In this document: piece by piece, positions 45,923 to 58,954 of the stretch | Position numbering within the stretch: the stretch's first letter is position 1 | Layout: each line of letters begins with the position of its first letter | DNA from: Eledone cirrhosa | Lineage: Eukaryota | Length of the DNA: 64,000 nt | Reading direction: 5' to 3' | Assembly (NCBI GenBank): GCA_964016885.1 | Contig: OZ024754.1 | Location: 25,420,001-25,484,000, forward strand | Translations under genes and position numbers: made by a program | Notes under the pieces: model-generated | Database searches by the model: none | Seen by the model: only the letters and a program-made list of their open reading frames with translations | What the model was told of the DNA's origin: nothing

Positions 45923-46076
45923 TTCATTATTTCTGAAGACGGCGTATATATGTGTTGGTATGTATATTTAATCTTGATAATTTGTATAATTTTGTATAAT
46001 TTTGTACATAGATCTGTTAAATATGCATGCCAATTCTAACACATATATATCCTAGAAACGATCGTTAAATAATGAA
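45923..46076 (+). ncRNA. Hammerhead ribozyme with ~115-nt stem-loop II (family A)
   Basis: 10-bp stem I TTCATTATTT/AAATAATGAA, CTGAAGA at 45933 and GAAA at 46055. Stem II is TATATATGTGTTGG/CTAACACATATATA, stem III is the palindrome AACGATCGTT, and the triplet is GUU. Confidence 0.78.
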
Positions 46077-46130
46077 CTTTTTTTGTTTAATATAAGGAAT
46101 TGTTTATTCATTATTTGTTTAATATTTTAC

Positions 46131-46171
<41 letters not shown>

Positions 46172-46309
46172 CACATATATATATATACATATATATATAT
46201 ACATATATATACATATATATACATATATATATATATGTTTATATATATATATATACATATATACATATACATATATATATATACATATATATATCTATAC
46301 ATATATAAC

Positions 46310-46408
<99 letters not shown>

Positions 46409-46576
46409 TATATACATATATATACATATATATATGTATATATATATATACATATATATATACATATATATATACATATATATATACATATATATATACA
46501 TATATATACATATACATATATATATATACATATACATATATATATATATATACATATATATATACATATATATATA

Positions 46577-46727
46577 CTTCAGTGACAGCCATCTTTGGCC
46601 GTGACCTCTTCAGGCAGTCTGAATTAGTGTGGTATAGACAAGTACATATGTTATTGAGGTGTATAATTTTGTCGATACACAGATATGCCCAGTTCCTGGG
46701 CATATCATGATTCCATTTCCTCAGTGA

Positions 46728-46730
<3 letters not shown>
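46577..46730 (-). mobile_element. Family F pLTR fragment with an HHR truncated at stem III
   Basis: Reverse complement of 38500-38623. It runs into (TA)n right after GAA. Confidence 0.8.
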
Positions 46731-46766
<36 letters not shown>

Positions 46767-47120
46767 GTTTTGACCACAAGAATTTTTGCAACACCAAAGT
46801 AACGCTGGAGCGACTTTTTTAACATAAAAACAGGTAGAATTCCCAAAACTAATCATATCAGAGCAAACAACACGGACACTCTATCTCAAAATTATTTTTG
46901 AAAAGCATTTAGAAATGCGCAACCGGTAAAAACTTAAAAACTTAAAACCACAACTGAATACTAACCCATACAATCACTAATACTCTTTTATTCCTAATTA
47001 AACCATTTTTCAACTGTGAACAATTTGTCAGCATTTTCTATTCCGTTTACCAATATATAATAACTTGTGTGTTATACCTCTATTCTTTTAACTATCATAT
47101 CCTCACACGAGATACAGAAA

Positions 47121-48431
47121 ATGCCAACAAAAACGGATACAACCCTCATCAACTCAAATGAAGAGATCCTACAGGAACTCAAGAAAATCAACACCAACCT
47201 ATCTTTGCTGGTCGACAAACTTGACTCCACAAATAAGGAAACCGCCACCGGATACAAACCCTCCGAAATCGGCGACAAACTCCAAAACCTTTGCGATTCT
47301 ATCCAAACTATGTTCACTACTACCAACCCAGGAAAAACCAACGAAGAACCATGTGAGATTGATTCATACAAAATGAAAATTCGAACAATTCCAAAATGGA
47401 ACAAATCCCTCAGAGACAGAAAGTTCTCATTCTGGAAGATGATACAAAATCACAACAAAGCAGAGATATATGAAAAATGGCTTAACTCAACCCCTCTAAC
47501 TCTCCCCCGTAAACTACAAATAAAGTCCATTCCAAATGAACCCGAACCTCAAAGACACCTTAGGGAAAGAATGGCATTGGAAAAAATGAAGACAGAAATT
47601 GAACTTCTTAAACTGAGGGCCCAGAAGAATGAGGAAAAAATCAAAACCATCGATGAAGAGATCCTCCTGGAAATCAACAACAAAACTGAAGGCCCCAAGG
47701 TAGAGAAGATCTCCAAATTATGGAAAGGGGACTGCAACAGAGAAGAACTGAAATCCCTTCATCGCTGGGAAAAAAGTGCCGCTTGGTTCCTACACTATGA
47801 ATCGACTTTTCAAACGGGTTACACCTCCAATAACCCGTTCATAAAAATAGGAAAACCCATAACTGAACCGCACAACAACTTCTCAAACCCCCAAGCCTCT
47901 AACAAACGAAGAAGGAAGCACTACACCGAAGATGAACTTCCCAACCTCGCTACCATAAGAAGGAACAAAAACCCCAAAAATCATCTCCCCCAGAATGACA
48001 TTTACAACTTTCCCCCTTCAAGGAGACACCATACCAAATCACTCAACTACTACGCGGATGCCTCATCGTCAAACATAGGGAAAAGATACCACTGCCATGA
48101 TAGATGTAACAACTTCCCCGCTTCAAGGGAACAGCAAAGTAATTACCATTTTCTCAACTCTCGCTTCCACAATACACAACAAACCCACACCACACGATAC
48201 AACCAACAACGTAGGCCACTTATAACACCACAATACAACATGGCACATAGAAACACACACCCATACTCGCAGTACAAGAACACCCCATTCAATCTACAAC
48301 CACCAACCAGAACCACATTTTACAACAACAAGGAATATAACAAACACAGGAGACCACTTAACATCAGCAGACAACCCTTCTACCCCAACCATTTTTTAGA
48401 CACAGTACACAGATACAGACAAACAAAATAA
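47121..48431 (+). CDS. PLE ORF1: predicted coiled-coil protein with a low-complexity N/H/R-rich C-terminus
   Basis: Uninterrupted ~436-codon frame from ATG 47121. Heptad-like runs include EILQELKKINTNLSLLVDKL and MALEKMKTEIELLKLRAQKNEEKIKTIDEEIL. Confidence 0.75.
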   Translation: MPTKTDTTLINSNEEILQELKKINTNLSLLVDKLDSTNKETATGYKPSEIGDKLQNLCDSIQTMFTTTNPGKTNEEPCEIDSYKMKIRTIPKWNKSLRDRKFSFWKMIQNHNKAEIYEKWLNSTPLTLPRKLQIKSIPNEPEPQRHLRERMALEKMKTEIELLKLRAQKNEEKIKTIDEEILLEINNKTEGPKVEKISKLWKGDCNREELKSLHRWEKSAAWFLHYESTFQTGYTSNNPFIKIGKPITEPHNNFSNPQASNKRRRKHYTEDELPNLATIRRNKNPKNHLPQNDIYNFPPSRRHHTKSLNYYADASSSNIGKRYHCHDRCNNFPASREQQSNYHFLNSRFHNTQQTHTTRYNQQRRPLITPQYNMAHRNTHPYSQYKNTPFNLQPPTRTTFYNNKEYNKHRRPLNISRQPFYPNHFLDTVHRYRQTK

Positions 48432-50712
48432 CACAAGACAGGGAGGAGAAACCGATAGTAATAAAAATTATCATTCTTACTAGTGCAGAACCAACACCCA
48501 ACCTTATCAACTTACTCTCCAAAGGTCTTAAATTCACACCGACCCCACTACGTCCTAACTACTATGAAATGAAGGAAGACATCACAGACTTCTGTAGAAA
48601 GTTACGACTTAGTGAACAACTATTCGACCAGTACAATGAGGATGAATCATTAGCCAGAAATAGAAGCAATTACACCCCTTCAAAAGGTAGAAATAAAATC
48701 CTGGACGAATTCTGTGAACACATTACAAACTTCCCTTACCAACACTTGCACAGACAAAAACACAAGCCAAACCTCAACAAGAAAGAATGGGAAGAATTAA
48801 ATAGATTAAAAACCGACAGAACCATTACAATTAAAGAGGCTGATAAATGGAGTACAGTAGTCCTAATGGAGACAGAATTCTATATCAACTTAGCGCTCTC
48901 CACTTTGGAAAACGAAACATACTACGAAAAGGCTGAACACTACAATCAACAGAAAATTATGAGAAACCTAAAAACTCTAATCAACTAATACAAAGGACTC
49001 ACTAACAAGGAATTCAGCTTCATCACAGACTTCACAAGTAAATCCAGCCTCTTCTACGGTATCCCTAAAGTACATAAAAGCGAATCAATAAGTAAGGCAT
49101 GCAAGGAAACCATAGACATAGTCATCAATGTCCCCTCACCCAATGATCTCAAATTAAGACCTATAATAGCAGGCCCCGCTTGCGAAACGCACCGTCTTAG
49201 CAACTTCATTGATACCCTTCTCAAACCCTTCCTCAAGCACATCAAAAGCTATATAAGGGACGACCTAGATATGCTCAATCACCTTCCTAATATGCCACTT
49301 TCTGAACAAACCCTACTAGTGACGTTCGATGTAGTCAACCTATACTCCAACATCCCCCACAACCTAGGAATAGAAGCTATCCAATTCTGGCTGGATAATT
49401 TCCACAATGAACTCCCACAACGCATCAAAAAAGAATTCGTGATAGAGGGACTCAAATTTATCTTGGAGAACAATTACTTCGTTTTCAATAACAAACCCTA
49501 CAGGCAGAAATCTGGGACCGCTATGGGAACGAAAACAGCCCCCACTTATGCCAACCTAGCCATGGGATACCTGGAAATCACCCTCTACACTAAAGTCCTA
49601 AACACATTTGGAAACACCCTCCACTTACACATTGAAAGGAACTGGAAGCGATATCTAGATGACTGATTCATCCTTTGGCACGAAAACATCGGAAAACTTA
49701 AAGAATTTCACACCCTTATAAATGGGCTCAACACGAATATTAACTTCACGATGGAATACAGCCATCAACAACTCCCCTTCCTCGACATCCTCATTAAGAT
49801 TCATAACAAAAAAATAGAAACAGACATATACTATAAGCCCACAGACTCCAAGCAATATCTCCCCTTCAACTCTTGCCACCCTAGACACGTTAAAATTAAT
49901 ATTCCCTACAACTTAGCCAAGAGAATCTGTACTATAGTCTCCAATAAAAACATCTGCTACTTACGGCTACAAGAACTAACGGACACACTCATAGGCAGGG
50001 ACTACCCTGCATCACTAATTGACAATGGAATCCAACGTGCCCTAAAACTCAGTACCCAAGACCTTAGACACCCTAAAGTAAATCAACCGAAACTAAAAGC
50101 TCTTCCATACATCTCCACACATAACCCTCTCAACAATGAGGCCTTTGACACCATCGTCAAGAACATCCCTGTGTTGAAAAAGACCATAGAATGAACCAAA
50201 TTCTACGAACACACGATATCATAAAGAGCAAAAGACAATCCAAGTAAATGAAAAACATCCTAACACATGCCAAAGTACTGCCAACCACAACAACGAAACA
50301 CACAGTAAAAAAATGCGATAGACACAACTGTGGCATTTGCATCAACCTAATAGAGGGTTCGGAATTCTATTTCAAAGATGGATAACATTTTATAGTAAAA
50401 CACAATTTCACCTGTGCATCGGAAAATCTAATATATGTATTAACTTGCTCAGGTTGTCGAGAACAATACATAGGCCAGACCAAAAACAGCCTCCGCCAAC
50501 GCATGACTGTCCATAGATCCCAAATTAAAATACGGGAATACAGGAAAATACCACTGAGTGAACACATTGATACCTGTGCCGCCCAAAATCATCCCAACTT
50601 CAGAATCTTTCCCCTCTACAAATTTAAAGATAATGCCACCCAGACCCAGCGCATCAGCAAGGAATCTTACTTCATTAACAAATACGGACCCCGTCTAAAC
50701 ACTTCTCCATAA
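48362..50712 (+). pseudogene. PLE RT + Zn-knuckle + CCHH GIY-YIG ORF2, disrupted
   Basis: LLSKGLKFTPTP, FYGIPKVHK, LRPIIAG, FDVVNLYSNIP, GTAMGT, RYLDD, LPFLDI, CDRHNCGIC and LIYVLTCSGCREQYIGQT motifs. Stops at 48986 and 49664, a frameshift near 50175, and further stops near 50247 and 50383. Confidence 0.9.
48392..48398 (+). promoter_or_regulatory. Candidate -1 ribosomal frameshift slippery heptamer T TTT TTA
   Basis: ORF1 codons CAT TTT TTA are in X XXY YYZ register. The -1 frame is the RT frame. Confidence 0.7.
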
Positions 50713-50829
50713 GACGAACCCACAACATACACACGTCAACATACATACCTACATCAGCACACATCTCCACCCACATATAAACACAATGACATACGTAAAC
50801 ACACATGCTCTATGGTGCAACACAAAAAA

Positions 50830-50864
<35 letters not shown>

Positions 50865-50890
50865 ATGTATAAAAATCAATACAATATAAT

Positions 50891-50964
50891 TACCTCATTA
50901 CCAGAGGTTTCCCGAATGAGGCGAAAACGAAAGAAACGTCTTCATTCGTTCGTCAGACGAGGCA
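50891..50964 (-). ncRNA. Hammerhead ribozyme (family G), 3' pLTR
   Basis: Reverse complement of 54067-54140. Confidence 0.82.
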
Positions 50965-51584
50965 ATATAAAACATGGGTAAATACTTGGAAAGTCTCATC
51001 AAGAAAAGCAAAAAAACAAAAAAACAAAAAAGATATAGACAAATGAATTAGAATATGAAATATATAATAATCTTTCAAGAAAAATAGTTAGGTGTGTGTA
51101 TATGTATGTATATACGCTCACAGATGTGCATATATGTGTATGCACATATGTATACGTATAGTGCAAAAGTGTGCGTAAATATATAATTTAGGGCAAATGT
51201 ATCTGTATGTCTGTAATCTACAGACAGAATAGATACATCATAAGAATATGAAGGCACGCACATAAACACACCTACACACACGTACACTTGGATGCGGAAG
51301 TAAAAGAGGTAAGGGAGTGTGATAATTAAAGGAAAGTATCAATCTCGATATATTTATAAAAATGGAACAATAATTTAGAAAGAAAAAATTAAAGAAAAGA
51401 AGACAAAAAAGATACATACATATACACACACGTATATCTCAGTTAGTGAAGGAAATAGGGAAGTAAAAAAATGGAAAGTGAAAATAGTAGGTAAGTGAAT
51501 CGGAGAATAAAGGGGGGGGGGTTATTGGTGGATGTGAAGTAAAAATAAAAAAATAATAATATATAAAAATAAAAATAAAGAGAA

Positions 51585-51855
51585 AATAAAAATAAAAATA
51601 AAAATAAAAATAAAAATAAAAATAAAAATAAAAATAAAAATAAAAATAAAAATAAAAATAAAAATAAAAATAAAAATAAAAATAAAAATAAAAATAAAAA
51701 TAAAAATAAAAATAAAAATAAAAATAAAAATAAAAATAAAAATAAAAATAAAAATAAAAATAAAAATAAAAATAAAAATAAAAATAAAAATAAAAATAAA
51801 AATAAAAATAAAAATAAAAATAAAAATAAAAATAAAAATAAAAATAAAAATAAAA
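51585..51855. repeat. (AAAATA)n hexamer repeat in the PLE 3' UTR
   Basis: About 45 contiguous units. Confidence 0.95.
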
Positions 51856-51928
51856 TAAATGAAATTAATGATAAGGATAAAAATGAAAGTAAATCAGAAA
51901 ATGTAATTATAAAGAGAATAATGAGGGT

Positions 51929-53950
51929 TTATGGAGGATAAGTATCTGAAAGTGTGTTAAGCTTATATGAGCTGCAAAGCAGGTGTGATTTCATGTGTGG
52001 GCAACTGGTGAAAATTTCCGTCTTTGTGTTCAGGCAGGTCTTTGGTGATTTTAGATTTTGCAATATCCAATATTTTTCATTTGTGCAGAGCGTGCATTTT
52101 CTTGTTCCTCTAGCATATTCTTTAGATTGGTTCAAAATTGACCAATCTAATTTATATTGGATGTCTTGGTCTTTCAAATCCCAAATTCTGCTAGCCAGAG
52201 CTGTTGTAAATCTTTTTTCTGGATGTCGAAAGGATGCGACATGTGAGTAATAACGCGTTTTGAATTCGTCTTGCGTCATACCCACATATCGTTCACTGGT
52301 GGTTGGATGGTTGTTGCTGATGGTTGTCACTTTAGCCGCATATACAATGGCTTTGGTGTTGCATTTACCTTGTAATGGGCATTCACTTTTGATTCTACAG
52401 GAGCAAGTTTGATTTTCTCTAGGTGATATTTTGTTGATGATATAGGACTTAATAGGGGGACCGCAGGAATAGCTAATTTTGACACAGTTTCTGTTAAAGA
52501 TCTTATAGTATCTATGAGTTCTAGGGAAATGTTTATCTAGGAGCTCTAGGAATTTATTGCCTACATTAGTTTTAACTGCTAGAGAGTAGGGGGGGGGGGT
52601 GAACCAGATTATTTTTCTTTTCCTGTTTTTATGTTTAATAGAGTTAGTATAGTTGGGTATGTATTTAATCGGTTCGCTAAAACCGCTATTTTGGAGGGCT
52701 TTATTATAGTAGGGGGATGCCTTATTAAAAATAGCTTCTGAGGAAGAGAAGGTGGAGATCCTACGGCTAATATTAGGGATAAGATTTTTAAAAACTATAG
52801 GTGGATGGCAAGAGCCTTTATTTATATATTTTAAGTTTTCATTAGGTTTATGGTATGGTTTATAAGAAGCAGTAGGCAAATCTAGGTTTATATCTAGGAA
52901 ATCTACATTGGAAAGGTTAGTGTCAATAGTAATTTTAAGATTAAAACTAGCGAAGGTTTTTATTAAGGCTTTCCTTAATCTATCTAAGTTATGTCCTATG
53001 GTGGTATGGGAAAGTATTAGACCATCGTCGCGATAAAGCCCAAAAATATGGTTAGGAAATTTTTCTTTAAGAGTATGTAGGAGGAATAGGCCGACCAGAT
53101 CACAAACATCAGCACTGTCATAAGAGCCCATTGAGACATCGAATGGGTTCTCTGGGTTAGATATTTTTACCCAAGTGTCATTATCATTAAAAAGTAGAAT
53201 GTTTCTAGCGTGCAAGATGACATTCTCTTCAATATCGGAGATATTAGTAAACCCTCTAGCGAAATTTAAAGCTTTCGCTAAAAGGGTCTGAGTGATAGAT
53301 GGGTAGAAATCTACAATGTCAAATTGGGTGAATCTAGAACTATTTTTGTTTTTAATATTATTAAACCAATGTACTACGGAAGAGCTATTTATCCATTGGA
53401 GTAATTTAGACTTACTTCTAATGTGTGTATTTAATTTATTTAAATTTTTTTTGCTGGCAAAACCAATATCAGTCTTAGCAGGATTGATTAATCTACAACT
53501 AGGACGATTAATAAAGTCGGGTTTATGATCTTTAAGGGTGATGTACGCTGAACGTTTAGCAAGTTTTTCTGTCCTATTATCTATTTTTAAAGAAACAGCT
53601 AATTCTTTAGCTTCCTTATTTATATTATGGTACGTATTTATATTAGCTATTTGGTATTTAGAGGTGATATTATCTATTAATAGTTGGTCGTGTAAATTAT
53701 TATTAACTTCATATAGGTTTTCAGTTTTATCGGAGAAGATGAACTTATTATTAGAAGATTTGAAAGTTGAAATATCATTAGATAGTTTTGATTGAAAAGG
53801 GTTAGAGCACTTACGAAAATTGATATTGTTGATTAGGTTAACTAGGTCTAATTCAAAGGCGGTCATATCTTTTACTCTTTGCGTGTATTTATGAGTTTTG
53901 ATGTCAAAATATTCCGTAGAATCCGTGTTAAAGTGTCCATTTAGAAATCT
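51929..53950 (-). CDS. PLE reverse transcriptase + GIY-YIG endonuclease (N-terminus slightly truncated, frame open)
   Basis: LKDHKPDF, CRLINPAK, QFDIVDFYPSI, FDVSMGSYDSA, GLYRDDGL, CSCRIKSECPLQGKC and IVY...RYVGMT motifs. The track's first residues MKYIIIFQE come from the inverted pLTR. Confidence 0.93.
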   Translation of the reverse strand, partial: RFLNGHFNTDSTEYFDIKTHKYTQRVKDMTAFELDLVNLINNINFRKCSNPFQSKLSNDISTFKSSNNKFIFSDKTENLYEVNNNLHDQLLIDNITSKYQIANINTYHNINKEAKELAVSLKIDNRTEKLAKRSAYITLKDHKPDFINRPSCRLINPAKTDIGFASKKNLNKLNTHIRSKSKLLQWINSSSVVHWFNNIKNKNSSRFTQFDIVDFYPSITQTLLAKALNFARGFTNISDIEENVILHARNILLFNDNDTWVKISNPENPFDVSMGSYDSADVCDLVGLFLLHTLKEKFPNHIFGLYRDDGLILSHTTIGHNLDRLRKALIKTFASFNLKITIDTNLSNVDFLDINLDLPTASYKPYHKPNENLKYINKGSCHPPIVFKNLIPNISRRISTFSSSEAIFNKASPYYNKALQNSGFSEPIKYIPNYTNSIKHKNRKRKIIWFTPPPYSLAVKTNVGNKFLELLDKHFPRTHRYYKIFNRNCVKISYSCGPPIKSYIINKISPRENQTCSCRIKSECPLQGKCNTKAIVYAAKVTTISNNHPTTSERYVGMTQDEFKTRYYSHVASFRHPEKRFTTALASRIWDLKDQDIQYKLDWSILNQSKEYARGTRKCTLCTNEKYWILQNLKSPKTCLNTKTEIFTSCPHMKSHLLCSSYKLNTLSDTYPP

Positions 53951-54066
53951 TTCTTGAAAGATTATTATATATTTCATATTCTAATTCATTTGTCTATATC
54001 TTTTTTGTTTTTTGTTTTTTTGCTTTTCTTGGTGAGACTTTCCAAGTATTTACCCATGTTTTATAT

Positions 54067-54140
54067 TGCCTCGTCTGACGAACGAATGAAGACGTTTCTT
54101 TCGTATTCGCCTCATTCGGGAAACCTCTGGTAATGAGGTA
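54067..54140 (+). ncRNA. Hammerhead ribozyme (family G), inverted 5' pLTR
   Basis: TGCCTCGT CTGACGA A-CGAATGA...TCATTCG-G GAAA CCTCTGGTA ATGAGGTA. Confidence 0.85.
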
Positions 54141-54616
54141 ATTATATTGTATTGATTTTTATACATTAAATTTTGCTCTGATACTTACATAGAGCACTCT
54201 TCACTTCTATGACCTTTTCTGTTTTCAACGGAAATTTCAATACACATATATATATATATAGTGAATATATGTATGTGTATATATATGTAGTGAATATCAT
54301 TTCACACCTTTTATTGTTAAGATTTATGATGTATTATTAAGAGAACCGATTTTACTGAAAAAATCGAATAATGTACACCATTTTACCAGGGGGAAAAAAA
54401 TACTGGTCCACCCACACACACACACACACATATATATATACACACACACATACACACGCGTACATTAACATACAAAGAGACTTATACACACACACACACA
54501 CACGCATTTCCCCGTATAAGACAAAAGCTGAAAAATATCTTTTGACATGCTAAAATACCCCCCATTGCTTTCAGACACATTCTTACTGACCATCCCTGCT
54601 ACCACGAATTACTCTG

Positions 54617-54740
<124 letters not shown>

Positions 54741-54850
54741 ATCTTAATAACCATTTGACACACATCCCTGCTAACCATTATCACAACATCGAACACCTTA
54801 CTACTACTACTACACACACACACACACACATATTTGTTGTGAAAGAGTCA

Positions 54851-55466
<616 letters not shown>

Positions 55467-55510
55467 TGAAAAAGAACAAAGGAACTATTATGACATTATA
55501 ACAAGTTTAT

Positions 55511-55557
55511 TGCCGACAGCCGTTTCGTCCGACCCCATGGTGGGACTTATCAAGGCA
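55511..55557 (-). ncRNA. Degenerate hammerhead (family H) in a solo pLTR fragment at 55465-55740
   Basis: TGCC TTGATAA GTCC...GGAC GAAA CGGCTGTC GGCA ATAAA. The core reads TTGATAA instead of CTGATGA. Confidence 0.65.
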
Positions 55558-55819
55558 TATAACATGTGATTGCAAGATCATTGTTTACATCAACGTATCA
55601 CTCAAGGCTAGCAGCTTGAAATTGTTGTATACATCAGCAACTCCGCTTGTATAGTTGTGGTCAATATTCTTAACTAGCTACCGTCACATATTTGGTAAGT
55701 CAGACGTGATCATCGCGATTCACATACGACCTACCATACTTATATATATATATATACATATATAAATATATATATGTATATATATGTATATATATATGTA
55801 TATATATGTATATATATAC

Positions 55820-55867
<48 letters not shown>

Positions 55868-55870
<3 letters not shown>

Positions 55871-56073
55871 AGGAGGTTATAGTTCACTTGAAGCATTGTG
55901 TAATGAGGTATAAACGTTTGTATATGTATAATAAAGCCAAAACAATGCAGGTATGGACATTGAATAAAGAATGCAAATGCAAAAGACTAATTGTCAACAA
56001 TAACTTTTGCATTTGCATTCTTTATTCTATGTCCATACTTGCATAGTTAAGGCTTTACTATACATATACAAAC
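55868..56073. repeat. Second copy of the fold-back element
   Basis: Reverse complement of 37978-38183. Confidence 0.88.
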
Positions 56074-56139
56074 ATATATATATATATATATGTAGGAGGT
56101 GAGTTTTATTGTAGTACAATAAAGCAATGCATGTCCTCC

Positions 56140-56210
56140 TATTTTATCTGATGAAAACACAAATGTTATTGCATGATGATATTTGTTTTTGAAATGCGCA
56201 TAATAAAATA
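56140..56210 (+). ncRNA. Hammerhead ribozyme (family I)
   Basis: TATTTTAT CTGATGA AAACACAAATGTTATT...TGATATTTGTTTTT GAAA TGCGCATA ATAAAATA, with palindromic stem III ATGCGCAT. Confidence 0.85.
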
Positions 56211-56240
56211 CATGGAACTCATTTAACCATCTTTTGATCT

Positions 56241-56273
<33 letters not shown>

Positions 56274-56356
56274 CGTTATTCCGGGTTGAATCGGAGGTAA
56301 CCACAGTAAGTAAGGTACTCAATACATAGCAGAGTATAACAGTTTTAATATAGATG

Positions 56357-56407
56357 AGATTCTACAGGACTAGAACTGTTTCATTCATTAGAAATCATCA
56401 GGAATCT
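56357..56407 (-). ncRNA. Hammerhead ribozyme (family J), 3' pLTR
   Basis: Reverse complement of 61610-61660. Confidence 0.82.
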
Positions 56408-57158
56408 GGGTATCAAAAAATAAATATGGTATTTATAGGTCTCTCTAGTGGTAGGAGAGGGTGGGGAGTGGGATGGGTGCAGGTCATTGGTTGATAGAAA
56501 AGGGAATTCATTAAAAGCTAATTCTACAAAGCTATAGTTAATTTTTATTTTTATTTATATTTATTTATGTTTTTAGAGTAACAAAGGCAGACAGAATTCT
56601 ATAAACAGGTTCCGGATGGCATACCATTCCTTGTCAATAAGTTTCTCTTAAGCTAACAGATGTCTATAAAATCAGTGGGGGGTCAGTCATGCTCGATAGA
56701 ATTAAAGAAAAGGGAGATTCTTTAAAAGCCAAAGTCATTAAGGTTCTACTAAGTGACAAAGGTCTAGAGAATTCTGCAGACAGATTCAAAATACTGAGTG
56801 CATATCTTACTATTATCTTCGAACTTCTCTTAAACTAATCAACAATATGCCAAAATCAACAGACACATTCACAAAAAAACAAAAAAACAAAAAAACAAAA
56901 AAACAGAAAAACAAAAGAACACACATAAAAAAAAAAAAACACACATACTCACTCACACACTTACGCGCAACCATAAACACACACACAAACACATATACAC
57001 ACATAAAAACACACACACATATATAAAAAATATATAAATATATATTCATGTACACACACATACATACACACATACATACATACATATATAATACATATAC
57101 ACATATACATACGCACACATATACATATATATATATATATATATACACATATATATAC

Positions 57159-57191
<33 letters not shown>

Positions 57192-57268
57192 CATATACAA
57201 ACATATATACATATATATATATACAAATATACATATACACACATACACACACACACACATATATACGT

Positions 57269-57411
<143 letters not shown>

Positions 57412-57646
57412 AACACAGATACACACACACATACACATACATACACACACACACACATATATATACACAAATAAATACACTCACACGCATACAAGCAAAC
57501 ACGAGTATACATATGTATAAATATCTATACACACACACATACACACATATATATATATATATATATACATACACACATATACATATATATACACATATAT
57601 ACATATATATATATACACATATATATACATACATATATATACACAT

Positions 57647-57680
<34 letters not shown>

Positions 57681-57704
57681 CCCTATACACACACATACAA
57701 ATAC

Positions 57705-57760
<56 letters not shown>

Positions 57761-57857
57761 ATACATACACAAACATACACATACATACACAGACCTATAC
57801 ATAAACATACACATATATATACAGACATATAACGCACATATACACACACATATACAT

Positions 57858-57894
<37 letters not shown>

Positions 57895-57907
57895 CATACA
57901 TATATAT

Positions 57908-57984
<77 letters not shown>

Positions 57985-58093
57985 CATACATACACATACA
58001 TATATATACACATACACATACATATATATACACATATACACACACACGCGCGCATACACACATACACACACCGACACACTCTCTATCTCATGC

Positions 58094-58132
<39 letters not shown>

Positions 58133-58388
58133 CACACACATATATATACACACATATACATATACATACACATATATATATATATATATATATACATATA
58201 TACACATATATATACACATATGCACATACATATACATATACAGATACATATACATACATACACATACACACATATATGTACATATACACTCACAAATACA
58301 CACACATACACACATATATACATATACATACACACAAACACATACATATACACATATATATATACACACACACATATAGACACAAACG

Positions 58389-58438
<50 letters not shown>

Positions 58439-58449
58439 TACACATACAT

Positions 58450-58510
<61 letters not shown>

Positions 58511-58595
58511 CACACATATATACACACACATACACATACACATACATATACATATACATATATACATATATACATATATATACATATATATACAC

Positions 58596-58634
<39 letters not shown>

Positions 58635-58761
58635 CATATACACATATATATATATACTCACATTCATATACATACATATACACACACACGCATATACATA
58701 TATACATACAAATACACACACATACACATATATATACATATATATACATATGTACACACAT

Positions 58762-58803
<42 letters not shown>

Positions 58804-58954
58804 ATATGTGTTTGTGTGTGTGTTTATGGTTGCGCGTAAGTGTGTGAGTGAGTATGTGTGTTTTTTTGTTTTTTATGTGTGTTCTTTTGTTTTTCTGTTT
58901 TTTTTTGTTTTTTTGTTTTTTTTGTTTTTTTGTGAATGTGTCTGTTGATTTTGG

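Larger units (their letters stand above)
39693..46130 (+). mobile_element. Naiad-type PLE family A: inverted 5' pLTR (39693-40007), ORF, ~4 kb 3' region, HHR pLTR
   Basis: 39812-40007 is the reverse complement of 45935-46128. (TA)n lies on both sides. Confidence 0.92.
46761..50830 (+). mobile_element. Neptune/Nematis-type PLE with two overlapping ORFs
   Basis: ORF1 followed by an RT/GIY-YIG frame. The leading ~300 bp is directly repeated at 55014-55310. Confidence 0.85.
50862..54245 (-). mobile_element. Naiad-type PLE family G with inverted pLTRs
   Basis: 50864-51082 and 53950-54168 are inverted repeats, each holding an HHR. An ORF lies between them and the flanks are (TA)n. Confidence 0.92.

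Noticed and set aside
49664-49666. In-frame TGA at the Cys position of YLDD(C) as selenocysteine (some Naiads are selenoproteins)
   Set aside because: The same frame has TAA stops and a frameshift, the element is not Naiad-type, and no SECIS was seen. A TGC-to-TGA mutation is simpler. A family consensus would settle it.
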